Source of the DNA: the human T2T-CHM13v2.0 reference genome, Homo sapiens
Length of the DNA stretch: 64,000 nucleotides
NCBI RefSeq assembly: GCF_009914755.1
Contig: NC_060928.1
Direction: 5' to 3' (one strand)
Position numbers and translations under genes: made by a program. This document shows, piece by piece, positions 47,987 through 61,640 of this stretch. Position 1 is the stretch's first letter; each line of letters opens with the position of its first letter. The notes below the pieces were generated by a model, which did no database searches, was not told where the DNA came from, and saw only the letters and a list, made by a program, of their open reading frames with translations.

Positions 47987-48105
47987 AGCCAGGTCCAGTG
48001 GTGCACGCCTGTAATTCCAGCTACTCAGGAGACTGAGGCTGGAGGAGCCCAGGAGTCTGAATCCAGTCTGGACAACATAGCATGACCCTGTCTCAAAAAT
48101 AAAAA
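47987..48105 (+). mobile_element. Alu monomer (FLAM-like)
   Basis: gccaggtccagtggtgcacgcctgtaattccagctactc...gaccctgtctcaaaaa. Confidence 0.8.
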
Positions 48106-48306
48106 ATTGACTTAAGCTTTGAAGGGCATCTCTCTGCTATCAAATACTCTACAGATATTCTCTCAAAATTTTGCAAAAATGCAAAGCACCTTCACTGCCA
48201 CATTGTCTTTTAATGCAAAAGTCAGAAACAAATAGTCTTCAACAGGTGGAAGAAACATTCTGTAGCCTTTTGAAAAGAATGAATAGATTTAAATAGTGAT
48301 AGTGAT

Positions 48307-48881
48307 TGTGGCAGACTCACCCTAAGATGACCTCCAGTGACCCAGGCCCTTGTGTGCAAGTACCTGTAACTTGATTCTACCCAGTAGAATACAGCAGATG
48401 TAAATCTTTTATTATATAAGATTGTCTTAGACCAGAGAGAGAAATTCTCCCATTTGCTTGGAAGTAATCAACCACGTGAACTGTCTGTGGAGAGGGCCAC
48501 GTGGCAGGAAACCGCAGGCATCCTCTAGGAGCTGAGGCAGCCGCCAGCCCATAGTCAGCAAAAGCCACGGCCTTTAGTCCTGCAACTGCAAGGAAATGAA
48601 TTCTGCCAACAACCTGAATGAGTTTGGAAGCAGATTGATCCCCAGTTCAGCGTCCAGAATACAGCTTGGCTGACACCTTGATTATAGCTTTGTGGGCTGA
48701 GGACCTCCAGAGCAGAAGACACAGTTTAGCTGTGCTTAGCCTCTGGACCCATGGGAACTTTGAGATCATTGATAGCTTTCTTATTTAAAGCATGAGTCAG
48801 AAAATATAATAAGAGTAAGCATTTTGTTTTCAGCTGCTGAGATTATGCTAATTTGTTGCACAGCAATAGAAAACTAATACA
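48307..48881 (+). mobile_element. MLT1 (E/F-like) LTR
   Basis: tgtggcagact...caactgcaaggaaatgaattctgccaacaacctgaatgag...cagcaatagaaaactaataca. Confidence 0.8.
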
Positions 48882-49207
48882 CTGAAAAATGGAACCATCT
48901 CCAAGACACTGGTATCCTGTCTCACTCTGCATTAAATTTAAAAAAAGAATCTCATGCCACTTGCTGATCCAACTTGCTCTTCATACCCTCACTTATTACA
49001 CTTCAGGCACACTGGCCTATTTGGTATTCCTGGAACATGCTAGGCACATTTATGCCTCAGGGTCTTTGCACTTATTTGTTTATTCCCAGTGTCTATAACG
49101 CTGCATGTCCCATATTAGGCATTCAGTTAGTGTGTGAATAAATAATAAATATTTAAGTGTGGAACCGTATCTACTAGGATCCCTTGTGTATTCACATACA
49201 TATATAA

Positions 49208-49335
49208 GCTAGGTGTGCTGGCTCATGGCTGAAATCTGATCACTTTGAGGGCTTGAGGCAGGAGGGCCACTTGAGCCCAGGAGTTTGAGACCACCCTGGG
49301 CAACATAGCGAGACCCCATCTCTATTTAAAAAAAC
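49208..49335 (+). mobile_element. Alu monomer (FLAM_C-like)
   Basis: cacttgagcccaggagtttgagaccaccctgggcaacatagcgagaccccatctct plus A tail. Confidence 0.8.
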
Positions 49336-49849
49336 ATATATAGAAATATATATACAATAGTGAATTTTACAATATTCTGTATGTATCAGTATTATCAATT
49401 ATTATGGCCTTTTTGTGGTTTTCTTCTTTGACTAAAAAGCCAACTAAATGGCTATTAAAATGTATATTAAAAAACAAATATTCTAGTTCTGTATCTCAGA
49501 GTGTAGAAATATGTCAATTTGACTAATCTGTTGGGTAAAACTAGAAGTTGCTGGAGGGACCAGGTTTTAATTTGAAGAAACTTTAAACAGTGAATCTGAT
49601 TCTTCTTTGAGTTTGTACACCTTAAATTCTTATGTCCTTTCTCTTTCATGATTGAGGTTCTTGTGTCTTGTCCTTCGATGACAAAAACGTGAAGCAGTGA
49701 GAGAAGTATTTACATGTGTATGATCTATTTAATGTATTATGTTAATTGTGAAGCATTTACATGTTGAAGTTACTTTGGGAATGATTATTTTACTCATGCA
49801 AATTACCGTCTCATTACACAATATTAGGTGAAACAAATACATGTATCTC

Positions 49850-50440
49850 TTAGTGCAGATTAAAAGTAGCCACAAATTTCTTTCACACTCCTTCCGCAGA
49901 GATATGGGGGTCTAAGTATCTCTTTCCCTTAAACCTGAGTAGAACTCGAGACTGTTTTGATCATTATACTATGGCAGGAGTGACTCTTAATTAAGGCCCT
50001 AACACTGGCAGCTGCCACTTCTTTCCTCCTGGAACGTTCTTTTCTGGAGGAAGCCAGCTGCCGTGTTAAAAGTTCAGCCACCCTGGGCCTGCCAAGCATT
50101 GAGGAAGCCCATGCTCACCGTGTAGAGAGGCTACAGAGACGGGGAGAGATACCCGGCCTGCCCTAGCTGTTCCAGCTTTCCTGTCCAGGCACTGGACATG
50201 TGAAGAAACCTCTTGGTCATCCCAGACGTTAGCAGACATGACGTGGGGAAAACGGAGGCACCCAGCTGACAACGAAAATGGTGGGAACGTCAAATATATG
50301 ACCCTTGTCAGCCTGTTCCAGCTATTTCCCGTCTTTTGCCTGACCCCAGCAGCGTCTGATCATTGTTGCTGTGCCATGCCCACATTCCCAAGCCAGAATA
50401 TTCCTAGCATAATAAAATGGTGGTGGTCTGCCACTGTGGA
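49850..50440 (+). mobile_element. Old MLT1 (G/H-like) LTR
   Basis: gccacaaatttctttcacactcctt...gaagccagctgccgtgt...ggacatgtgaagaa. Boundaries approximate. Confidence 0.6.
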
Positions 50441-52294
50441 GCATTAGAGAGCTCTTTCATCAACATACAGAAGCTATGTCCCACAGTTTCACTGAAAATG
50501 AATTTTGGTTTTGTGAATTTGATTTCCCTGTTGACTTACTTCCTATTGACTTCCAGAAGAGAGTACTTTTAAGGGGAAAAAAGGGAACATTTTAAAAAGA
50601 TTATGTGTTTAAAGAAGAATAACCATGTTATCTGCATCTTTTCATGTGATAAAAAAACTCTGACAGTGAAAATGCAGTGAGAACCTGCCAGGTGATTAGT
50701 TACCCTCTCTTCATATTGTCTCACCCTATCAACAGCATTTGGGAGAGTCAGCTCCGTGGCTAAGATTTCCATGCACCCTTTCCTTCCTCCCCATCAGCCC
50801 ACCCCAGCACACATGCTTTGCTTATCAGTGGACCTTTGTGGCCTTTTTCTGAACAGCACTCAGCAGTACTATACTACCTGGATAGCTTTTCTTGATTTAC
50901 ATATTTTTGCATAATAGGATGTAGAAAAATTAGACGAAATTGCCTGTAGGTGCGGTGGGAGTTAGCGCACTTCAAGGAGGTTAATCATCCTATTCTTGGA
51001 CAAAAATCTGTATAGAAGAAGAAAAGGGTTACTGTTTAGAGAGCTAAATAAGAATGACTTTAATATATGTGTTTGTGAAATGGTTACAGTTTATTAACCT
51101 TTTTTGTGTACTTACTATCTGACACGCTTTTCTTTCGGAAAGAGATAATCAGAATAAAAGGAACATTAAGATGAGATGAGATGACTGTTACAGGTCCTCC
51201 CTGAAATGATCAGGGCAACCCCATTGGCATGTTCACATGGTTACTCTGTGGATGTCATCAGGGAAGGAAGGGAGCTCGGATTCCAGCATGGTACAGGGAG
51301 TGTTTATCAGGGATGGAGGAAGAAGAGTGTGACAGGTCAGCTTGACAGGATTGCTCAGTAGCGAGAAGTATGAGTCACTTGGCTTACGTAGCTTGATGAG
51401 GATATCTTCTGGGGATGGGTATGTATTTTCTCCTTCAGCGATTCATGAGTCAGCTATTCAAGCCCTTCATGCGGTGTGTGAACCTCTTTGGAAAGCTCCC
51501 AGTCTTAACCTTGTAAAACTTTGCTGACACAGAACTCGCTGTCTCCCAAGTTAAACTGCTCAAGCATTGTGTAACTTCAGCAATTCGGAAGGCTTTTCCC
51601 CTCCTTACATTCAGCTGAGATATACTTTCTTCTCAAGCTAAATTCCCAGTTTTAACCTCTGGGGTCAAATACAAGGTTTACAAGGTTATTCCTCTTCCAC
51701 TTGATATGGTTTTGGAACTTAAAAATTGATACTGTGGCTTGCTGGGTTTCTTTCTAGTTCCTTCAGTTGCATGACTTAGCTTTGAATGTTCCCGGTCACA
51801 GTCTTCGGAGACACTTCCGTTTCTCAGTAATTCTCTTACTGCAGAACTGAAATGTAATGCCCTAGCATGTCCCAGTCAATCAGGACTGCAGTTGGGTTAG
51901 CATCTTCCTCCTTCTGGATGTGCCCTGTGTTTGTTAATCCTGTCTAAAAGGTTATCAGCTTGCAATCATGGCCTGTGGTGGCCTCATCCTAGGCTTCCTG
52001 TTTATGTTGACCTTTTGCATTGCTCCTCCTGAGGCATACAGTCTCCATTGCTTGTCTTGTGTAGCTGCTTTTTAAAACATAGGAACTGCTTGATAGTTTT
52101 TTCTGTTGAATCTAGTATTACTGGTCTCTTTGTTTCCAACCTGCTGAAAGCATCTTGGATGCACTTCTTGCTCAGGAAATTAATCAGTATCTCCCCCAGT
52201 TTCATGTCCTCTGCTGATGAAAACAAAGCCGGTGCTAACAGTTACTGAATTAGAGCTCTGACACATGCTATTAGAAACATTTTTGTAGTTTTAA

Positions 52295-52515
52295 AGTGGT
52301 GGATCTCAACCTCAAGCAATTTTGGCCCGAAGGGGACATTTGGTAGTGTCTAGAGACAGTTTTGGTGATCCCCACTGGGGGTGGTGGTACTGCTGGTATG
52401 TATCTAGTAGGTAGAGGCCGGGGTGATGTTGAACATCTTACAGTGCACAGGGCAATCCCTCCACAACAACGACTTAGCAGTCCCCAAATGCTAATAGTGC
52501 TGAGATTGAGAAGCC
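52295..52515. mobile_element. MER20 (hAT-Charlie)
   Basis: ggggacatttggtagtgtctagagacagttttggt...aacatcttacagtgcacagggca...aatagtgctgagattgagaa. Confidence 0.8.
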
Positions 52516-52609
52516 GTCAGCAGATTAATGTAGTTCTACTAACAGTGTCTGTTGGGTTGGATGTTTTTAATCTTGTTAATCAGACGTACTATATCAGCAT
52601 GTAAGACTG

Positions 52610-53400
52610 AATTCTCAAAGTGTGAACTGGGGTCACCTGAGACCTTTTCAGGGTTCTGTGAGGTGAGAGCTATTTTTCTGATAATTGCCCTTTTCACTCA
52701 TTCCTTAAGATTGTAGTGTGGTGTTTTCCAGAGGCGATGATATTAAGACATTGGATTAAAACATTGAATGCAGAAGGAGACAGAGAGTCCGCTGTCTACT
52801 GTTAAGTCGGACGTTAAAGAGATTTGCAAAATGTGATAAAATGCCCTTCTCACTAAATTATTTTTGCTTTGGAAAAATCATTATGTTAATATGTAATGGT
52901 TTAGTATTAAATAATACATATATTTAAAAGTTTTAAATTTTTTTTACTGTCAAGATCAACAGATAATCCACATGATCAGAAGTTCTTTGGGGGAAAAAAA
53001 CAAAAAAGTTATTTGAGATCCTCAATACTTCTCTTTTTTCTCTTTTTTTTTTTTGAGATGGAGTCTTGCTTTGTCGCTCAGCTGGAGTGCAGTGGTGTAA
53101 TATAGGCCCACTGCAACCTCTGGCCTCCCAGGTTCAAGTGATTCTCCTGCCTCAGCCTCCCATGTAGCTGGGATTACAGGTGCACACCACCATGCTTGGC
53201 TAATTTTTGTATTTTTAGTAGAGACAGGGTTTCACCATGTTGGCCAGTCTGGTCTCCAACTCCTGACCTCAAGTGATCTGCCCACCTTGGCTTCCCAAAG
53301 TGCTGGGATTATAGCCATGAGGCGCCATGCCTGGCCGAGATCCTCAATAATTTATAAGAGTATAAAGTCTTGAGGTAAAAAATGTTAAGATCCTCTGATC
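52610..53400. mobile_element. hAT-Charlie DNA transposon relic split by an Alu
   Basis: ttctcaaagtgtg...gagaccttttcagggttctgtgaggt...; the sequence continues after the Alu. Confidence 0.55.
53029..53336 (-). mobile_element. AluS
   Basis: Antisense Alu with TSD gagatcctcaata on both flanks. Confidence 0.95.
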
Positions 53401-54364
53401 TAGGCTATATTTCTTCATTTTATGTGCAAGGATATAATGTGTTAACAATTTTAAAGGCCTTGTTAGAATGTAGATGTACAGAATTTTGATGTTTCCCAGT
53501 CTGGAAGCCCTGTACTGAAAGAAATTAATTCACATGTTTCTAGTGAACTTGTAGTAGTTTCTGGTTATCTTTTTCTACATTTCCAGATGGTCACCGTTTT
53601 TTAAGTAATCAATCCAGAGCCTAATTTGGGATCTCCATCTAGTCAGATGGACTAACTCAGCTTCAATTTCCTCTCCTCACTTTGTGCATAATTTTTGTTG
53701 CAGTTAGGAATGAGTGTTTGAAATTGCCTTTGGCCCTTTGAGTCGAGTTTCCTTTTGGGACCTCAAGTGTTGGAAGCGTAGGTGACTTTATTCAGAACGT
53801 TGTGAAGGCTGCTTTTGTGAAACCTCAGTTTCTGGTATCTGAATAAGGAACAGTTCTGTTCCTTAGAGTGAATATATACCTTGATTCCCAAACATTTTTA
53901 ATTTTTGAAATTAAATTTCCTATAGTTAACTAATCAAAACTTAATAGATGTCTGTGTTTTGGTCTTAGTTTAAGTATACAGTTTTTAGTTATGTTTTCCA
54001 TTCCCCTCCACTTTTTTTTTGTCATGAGGTTGGAGGGAGAATGAAGTTCTGCCCTATGAATGAAGTAGGTGAGGAATATAGTGATTAAATGGTATACCTG
54101 TGTTAATAACATGATGTTGGAGATTCCAGATATCTCTGGTCTGGTGCACCCCTTTTAGCTGGATCAGGAGACTGAGCTATAGAGAAGTTAAGTTACTCTT
54201 TCAAGACCACAGTGCATTTAAATAGCAATGAACATTATGATCTTGTGTCCTTTTATTAGTAATATTGTGTACCAGTGTTTAATCCCTTTAACCATTGGTT
54301 TTTTCATCTATATCATTAGAATAAAACTATCAACCTTGTAGGGTTGATCATATTATCTTTCATA

Positions 54365-55090
54365 CCCTTTTTTTGGTTGAAAAATTTTAGACCCACAGAA
54401 AGGTTGCAAGAATGTTTACAATAAACATTGTATACCCTTTATAGTATAATTCTATTATTGCTATTTTTGTTGAATAATTTGAGACTAAGTTCCTTTATAT
54501 CATAACCCTTCATCCCTAAATATTTGAATATGTGTCTCCTAAAAACAAGGACAAATTCAGGAAATTTGACATGGTCACAATACTGTTATCTATATATCAT
54601 GACTCTAATTGTGGCCCGTAGTCCAACACATTGACATTAACTGGGAATTTGTTAGAATTGAAGACTATTGGGCTGAATCAGAATCTGCATTTGAATAAGA
54701 ACACCAGGTGATTTGTGTGTGTGTAAATGTTTGAGATGTACTGCTCTAATGGTAGTCCATATTTATACTTCCCCGTTGTCAAATGACATTTTTAATAGAA
54801 AAATTGCCCCAATCCAGGATCATACATTATATTTAATAATTGCCATGCCTTCTTAGTCTACTTTAACTTAGAATAGTTTCTCAGACTTAGTCTTTCATGA
54901 CATTGGCACTTCTGAAGTGTACAGGACAATTGTTTTATAAAATAATCATTACTTTGACTCTTCACAATTAGATTCAAGTTACATATTTTTGGGAGGTACA
55001 TAGATGATGCTGATTGTTCTAAGTGCATCACAACAAGAGGCACATGACATCAGTTTGTTCCATTATTGGTGAAATTGATCCCTTGGTTGG
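54365..55090 (-). mobile_element. Old L1M 3' fragment containing a MER5A-like insert (~54610-54748)
   Basis: aaattttagacccacagaaaggttgcaagaa (L1MC-like); tgaatcagaatctgcatttgaataagaacaccaggtgatt (MER5A). Confidence 0.6.
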
Positions 55091-55091
55091 G

Positions 55092-55630
55092 TGTTACTCT
55101 GGTTATTTATCAGAGCATAGCACATCACCCCAAAATTTAGTGTTTTGAAACAATCTTGTTATTTTCATGATTATAGAGACAAATTCAGGCAGGGCAGGGC
55201 GAGTTTAGCTTGTCTCTTCTCCTTGATGTCTAGAGCTTCAGCTGGGAAATTTTGAATAGCTGTGGGCTGGAATCATCTGGAGGCTTCTGCACTCACATCT
55301 GGTGCCTAGGCTGGGCTGACTCACAGGCTGGGCTCCCCTGGGACTGTTGAGCACGGCACCTATGTGTGGCATCTTCATGTAGCTTGAGCTTCCTCACAGA
55401 CATGGCTGCCTAAGGGCTCCAAGTGAGTGTTCCAGCAAACAAGCTAGAGACTGTAGGGCCTTTCATGATTGAGCATCAGAAGTCATATATAGTTCACTTT
55501 CACATCAGCTATTGATTGAAGCAGTCAGGAGCCTGTGCAGATTTGGGAAATCTGGGGCAGGGAGATAGACTCCACCTCTTGACGGAAAGAGTGTCAGAGA
55601 ATTTGTGGCCATGTTTTAAAATTGCCACAG
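55092..55630 (-). mobile_element. Old MLT-type MaLR LTR
   Basis: ggctggaatcatctggaggctt...tagactccacctcttgacggaaagag...aattgccaca. Confidence 0.65.
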
Positions 55631-56569
55631 GTAGTGACTGCTTTATTTCCTAATTGTAAATATAGCCATTTTCTCTTTGGAATTAACTGTAATCTATCAG
55701 GAGACACCCTGAGAATATTTAAGAATCCTGTTCCTTGGCATCTTTAGCCAGTTAGTTTTAGCATTAATTGTTGGCTCCTTTATGTTTATTAGTTGGGATT
55801 TGAATTACATAAAAATCTATGTGCTAATCCCCCAGTAACTAAACGCGTAAGAATAACAGATAGTGCTGGGTTCTTAAAATCCCTTCTTGGACAAAGATAA
55901 GCATGCATGACCCAATTTGACAGGTGGGCCATGTCTTACTGATGATAGTGCCAAACAATTATTAGCATGTCGACAGTAATACAGATGAAGGCATTCTACC
56001 TTCCTGTGTGTGTGGTTCTATGCCTATTATCCTGACTGTTCTCTCTCCTTTCAGTTAAGGGGATGTGCCTGACAGTGTGTCATTACTTCATTTATTATGA
56101 TTGCAAACATTTATGTCAAAGCTGGTCCAAGGCCTAAGTGAAGTGATACCCATTGAGAGAACTCTCCCCCTGTGCTTTTGAGACATGGCTGCTATGTCTG
56201 AGAGGCAGTGAGTTCCAAACCAATAGGTCATCCAAGAATCTAAGCAGGAACATTTATACCTTTTAAGGTGCAGGAGCGAGGTAAAGATTATGCTTTGTCG
56301 TCATATATAAGACTTCTTAAACTGAATTGTGCAGTTCACACTGAAGGAGAGGCTGGTGCCTGGCACCAGTATGTGTGACCTCCACATAGACTTAAGTTGA
56401 CAGGAGTGAGAGGGGGAACAGTGTGCTGTTTGAAATGTTTTTAAAATGTATTACTGCAGATTTTCTAAGCCCTTGTTTAGAAACATTTCGGTTGGATGGT
56501 AAGATCTACCTGTGTCCTAATGTGTTTAGAAATTGAATCTTGCCTCAAAGTTTAGTCTTAATAGATATA

Positions 56570-56624
56570 TTAAGTTGGTGTAAAAGTAATTGTAAAAACC
56601 ACAGTTACTGTTGCATCAACCCAT
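56570..56624. mobile_element. MADE1 (Hsmar1-derived MITE), internally deleted
   Basis: ttaagttggtgtaaaagtaattgt...acagttactgttgcatcaaccca in a TA context, matching MADE1 TIRs. Confidence 0.8.
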
Positions 56625-57330
56625 ATATTGCAGAGGCCACGTCTCATGTATAACCAGGGGCTGAATAAATTCTAGGAACCTGAGGTCCATATATAGTTGT
56701 ATTAAATATATTGACTGTTTTCTTCCTTATGATGACAAAATGTTTTAAGAAAAGAAAAAGACCCTAAAGAATAGTCACCAAAATTTTGTAGAAATGTTCC
56801 TTTGTAGGGGATGGTGGGTATCTGTCTGGTTTTTTTTTTTTTTTTAAACCTTCTTTAAAGAGCTGTTTTGTGTTTGCCAACATTTCTACAAGGAATATAA
56901 TGTGTATTATCACCTTTGTAACATGAATAAATTGTAATTTGGGAAAAAAATGTTTATCAATTAAAGCAAAGTGTTCCTATAAATTTTAGAAACAGTAATT
57001 CAGTATGAAGGCTGATACTAATCTGCCCCCCACCTTCAGGGCAGCCTGTCCTAAAGTGCCACCATTGACCACTTTCAAAACATGGATTTACTTTAGGCAT
57101 TTTATTTTTATTAGAGCTGAAATGCAAATGGAAAAAAGAAAGTATTGGATTCTCTCTTAAATATGTAAGTCATTCCTGTAAACGTGTACTTGGAAAAGGT
57201 TTCAGATGATTCTGATAAATACATATACCTGCCTTCAGGGGATGTGTTCTTCATTGTGACTAAAATTCACACATTTCCTTTTGGAGAATGAAGAGGTCCA
57301 TGGCTTATTTTTTCTTTCTAGGAAAAGTTA

Positions 57331-57612
<282 letters not shown>

Positions 57613-60122
57613 CTAGCCTACCCAAATGACTAGGGGTCATGGCTTGTATTCCAAAAGAAAAATAGCATTCACGTTGGAAATTTCATGAGATGATGAGTCA
57701 GTTAATTCTAAATGTATTTACTTATACTCAGTTTAAAGTTTCACCAGTGTCATTTAAGGAAGACTCTTTTTTATCAGGGTTCTCACTAGCCCAGGAGAGG
57801 AAGTCCTCTTCTTGGGTATCCTCAGGACTTTGGGACTGCCAATTTTACATTTACTACTTTTTGATCTTCTGTGCTGCTAGTGGCACCCAGTGATTTTTAA
57901 GGGAAGGCTTGAGGCTCTGAAAGAAGGGTGAAAAGAGAGGAGAAAAGGAACCTCAAAAGAAGTTGTAACCAACATCAAAGAAGGAGGAAGAAGAGGAGAA
58001 AAAAAGGAATGTTGTGTATGGACTATACCTTATAGTTGACATAGAGTATATTTTATTAATGTTAGTCTAGGCGTTTATTACTGAAATGTAAACTTTTTGT
58101 TTGCATGTGAGCAAAGGACACATTCAAAAAAGGCTTTGGCTTTTTACTCAGCGAAGAGTATTTGTAGACATTTGGGTTATGAAAGTCAACATTACAGCTA
58201 TATTTGGGGAAGTGTATTCTTCTGACTTCAGAAATCGTATGCTGTGTTTTCCAAATGTTTGCAGGTGCAAATTGATAAAACTGCACCTGGAGTGTTTTTA
58301 AAGGTTTGCAAACCAGAAAACAACATTTTATAATTGGGGATATATGTTCACACCGTGAACATAACAGTGATGCAGCTTTGGCTTAATCAGGAGAGGTTCA
58401 CCTGATATAGATGGGGAGAAAGTTTACATAGTGAAAATTTCTTTAATGCCATTTGGTTCTGAGCGTATTATCAAAGTTATTATTCCTTCTGTTGGTCTTT
58501 GTGAAACACTGGAAGAAGCAGGGCACTGATGTTGCATCCCTAGTTAGTGGCACTGAAAATGCTATGGGTGCAATAGGTAGTTCTGGAATGTGTTGTACTT
58601 TATAAAGTCTGGTTGATAAAGATTGTCAATATGCTGAAACCTTTAATGCAAAAACCAAAGTCTGCTATGCATCACTATTTAGCGTATAGAGTGCTACCGA
58701 AATCAATATGGTATGTCCCACTGGAACTTGGGAAAGGAGTCTAAAAATGTTTCCTGAAATAAAACATAAACAAAATTAGAAAAACAGAAACTCTACCAAT
58801 TTGATATATTGTAGAAAAGTACTTTTTTCTTCTTTTAGTTTTAGTTGTAAACCTAAGTTGAAGTTGTTTTTTGAAAAGCTTATGCTGAGTCAGGGCCTGA
58901 GCCTGTGGGATGGGTGACCACTGGCAGGGAAATATCTCCTGTTCCCTTATTCCCTCTCTTTTCTCCTGGCTGCCTTTCTCTAGTCTCCTGTGACATGGTA
59001 GAGAGGGCCTCATACTGATAGGTAGCAGCAGGACTCCAAACAGGGCCCTTCATTTGCTCTAATGTCAGCCTCTTGCGTCTGTAATGCATAGGAAATCACT
59101 ATGAGGAATTTCAGCTATTCAGCAAAATCTCCCCAGAAGAGGAAGTACATGCATGAGGGGTACTTTGTTGGAAAGAAGGGGTCAAAGCCGGCAAGATAGG
59201 AAGTAGCAGTTGGCTGTGAGGCCTGTTCTGGGAGTAAGGTCTGACTGCCACTGACTAGTGGTATGAATATGAGCAAATCTTTAACCACAGGGCCTCAGTT
59301 TGCTCAACTGTGAAATAATGGGCTTGGCCTAAGGGATAACTAGGATACTTTCCAGCTCCAAGATTCTGAGTTTTAGTGAACCAGAACAAACGTGAAACTG
59401 TAGAATATTTCCAGCCTCAAGCCTGAACCCGACTGGTATTTTACTGTCAGACCCTGTCGTCAATTCTAGTTAAATTTTCTAGAAAAGACCCTCATTTAGT
59501 CATGGTGATTCAAGGACAGAGAGTCGGAAAAGGTTTTCATTGCTTTCTCTCTGTACTGTTCACGTGGTAGCTACTCTGAGGTTAAGTCGTAGGTCGAAGT
59601 TCAGGTTGCCTGGGAGTGAACCTAGTCAAACAACCCCAAGGTGATCAGGGTTTGCTTAAACCTGTAGACTCCAAAGCTCAAAGTTGTATTTGGCCATTTT
59701 GTAACTATGCTCTTTTAGAAAGAAGATCGGACATTTTATTTCTGTCCCTCCTTTCTATGTTAACTTAGGAGAGCCTGCGTTGATTTCTAGCTGTCTTCTG
59801 GAAGTACCTCTGTCTGCTTATGGATAAGTGTAGTTCTGTGAAATAAGACATCAGCACAGAGGACACACTGTGAATGGGGCTTGGTATGACTGGGTGATGT
59901 TGGAGGCAATGGAACACATTGGTCAAGACATGTACAGTGGAGTGAGGGAAGTGGGTTCAAATCTTTGTAAGTCAAGCACTTGGCATAATGTCAGGCATGT
60001 GGCAAGTACCCAAAAGTTGCAACTGTTATTATTTGAGATCATAGGAATATACAAACATAATCTTCTATCATAATAAAGACCAGTGAACATGTTAGTAGAA
60101 ACATCTTTTTAAAAAAGAATTA

Positions 60123-60425
<303 letters not shown>

Positions 60426-61553
60426 TGAGGGAAAAAATGCAAATTGTTTTTTTCTCTGTTCTTATAACACAACAATCAACACAGAAAACCTTTGTGTCCA
60501 GATGTGTGGGGGTTTTTCCTACACACCAAGCAAGCAGTCAGCTCTGCAGCAAGCACCAGCTAGGTGTCCTCCCATTCAGTTCCAACACCGTCTACCTGGA
60601 GGTAGTGCCAGATGCCACAGATTGAGGGCTTAGTCCCCAAGACTGCCCCCTTTTCAGATGCTGGTCGCAGGTCCGGGCCTCCAGAAATTCTGACTGGCTT
60701 CCACTTGGGGTTCCCACAACCCCTGCTTTGGTTTTGATTAATTTGCTGGAGTGGCTCACAGAGCTCAAACACATTTACTGATTTGTTATAAGGGACATTG
60801 CATACTTTGGGAAGCTGCAGCAGGCAGATCACTTGAGGCCAGGAGTTTAAGACCAGCCTGGGCAACATGGTGAAACCTCATCTCTATTAAAAAAAAAAAA
60901 AAAAAAAAAACCAGCTGGGCGTGGTGGTACATGCCTGTAATCCCAGCTACTCGGGAGGCTGAGGCAGGAGAATCGCCTTTTATGGAGACTTCATTGGATG
61001 GGCATGATTGATCATCAAGCAGAAATATAATTGTACAAAAAGGGTCTGATCTAATGCTAATGGACTGAAAGAGAAACCCAGCAATGCCTGACTGTTCAGA
61101 TTCTTCTTGGCCTCTCTGTGCAGCATTCCCTCCTCCAGAATATAGAGCGAGATGCCTTCCGAAATGGAGGTCTTACGACCTAAAGTCAGACAAGGAAGGT
61201 CAGAGAATTTATTTTTTTAATAGAAGATTCCAAAATAAAATCTCTGATTAAATTTAAGTCAAAGCAACATCAAATCATTATACATCAAATAATTCATTCC
61301 AAAACTAAACAAGTAAAACTATGTTTACCAGGTATAGACAGTACCTGATACCCCCTCACTTGTATCAAAGGTTGTGTGCTACTTTTTCTTTTAATATAAA
61401 TAATTAATAGGTAAGCCAGGAAGGCCAGCTCTTTAATGCAGGGGAAGATACCTACTTTGGGGAGAGCAGAGAGAGATTCTGTTTTCTGAGGCCTGCTTCC
61501 AAGGCCTAAAGCATCCCAACATTATAATGAGAGCTGTGACAGTTATGAGCCAG

Positions 61554-61600
<47 letters not shown>

Positions 61601-61640
61601 ATGTAAAGGAATTCAGGGAGAGGAAGTGTGATATCATTAC
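60426..61640 (-). mobile_element. ERV LTR of the MER21/MER4-related group, interrupted by an Alu fragment (60803-60976, +) and a microsatellite
   Basis: cacagattgagggcttagtccccaagactgccccc; atttgctggagtggctcacagagctc; gaggcctgcttccaaggcctaaagcatcccaacattata. Subfamily and strand uncertain. Confidence 0.6.
61558..61602. repeat. (TA)n(TG)n microsatellite
   Basis: About 17 TA units followed by tgtgtgtgtat. Confidence 0.95.
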
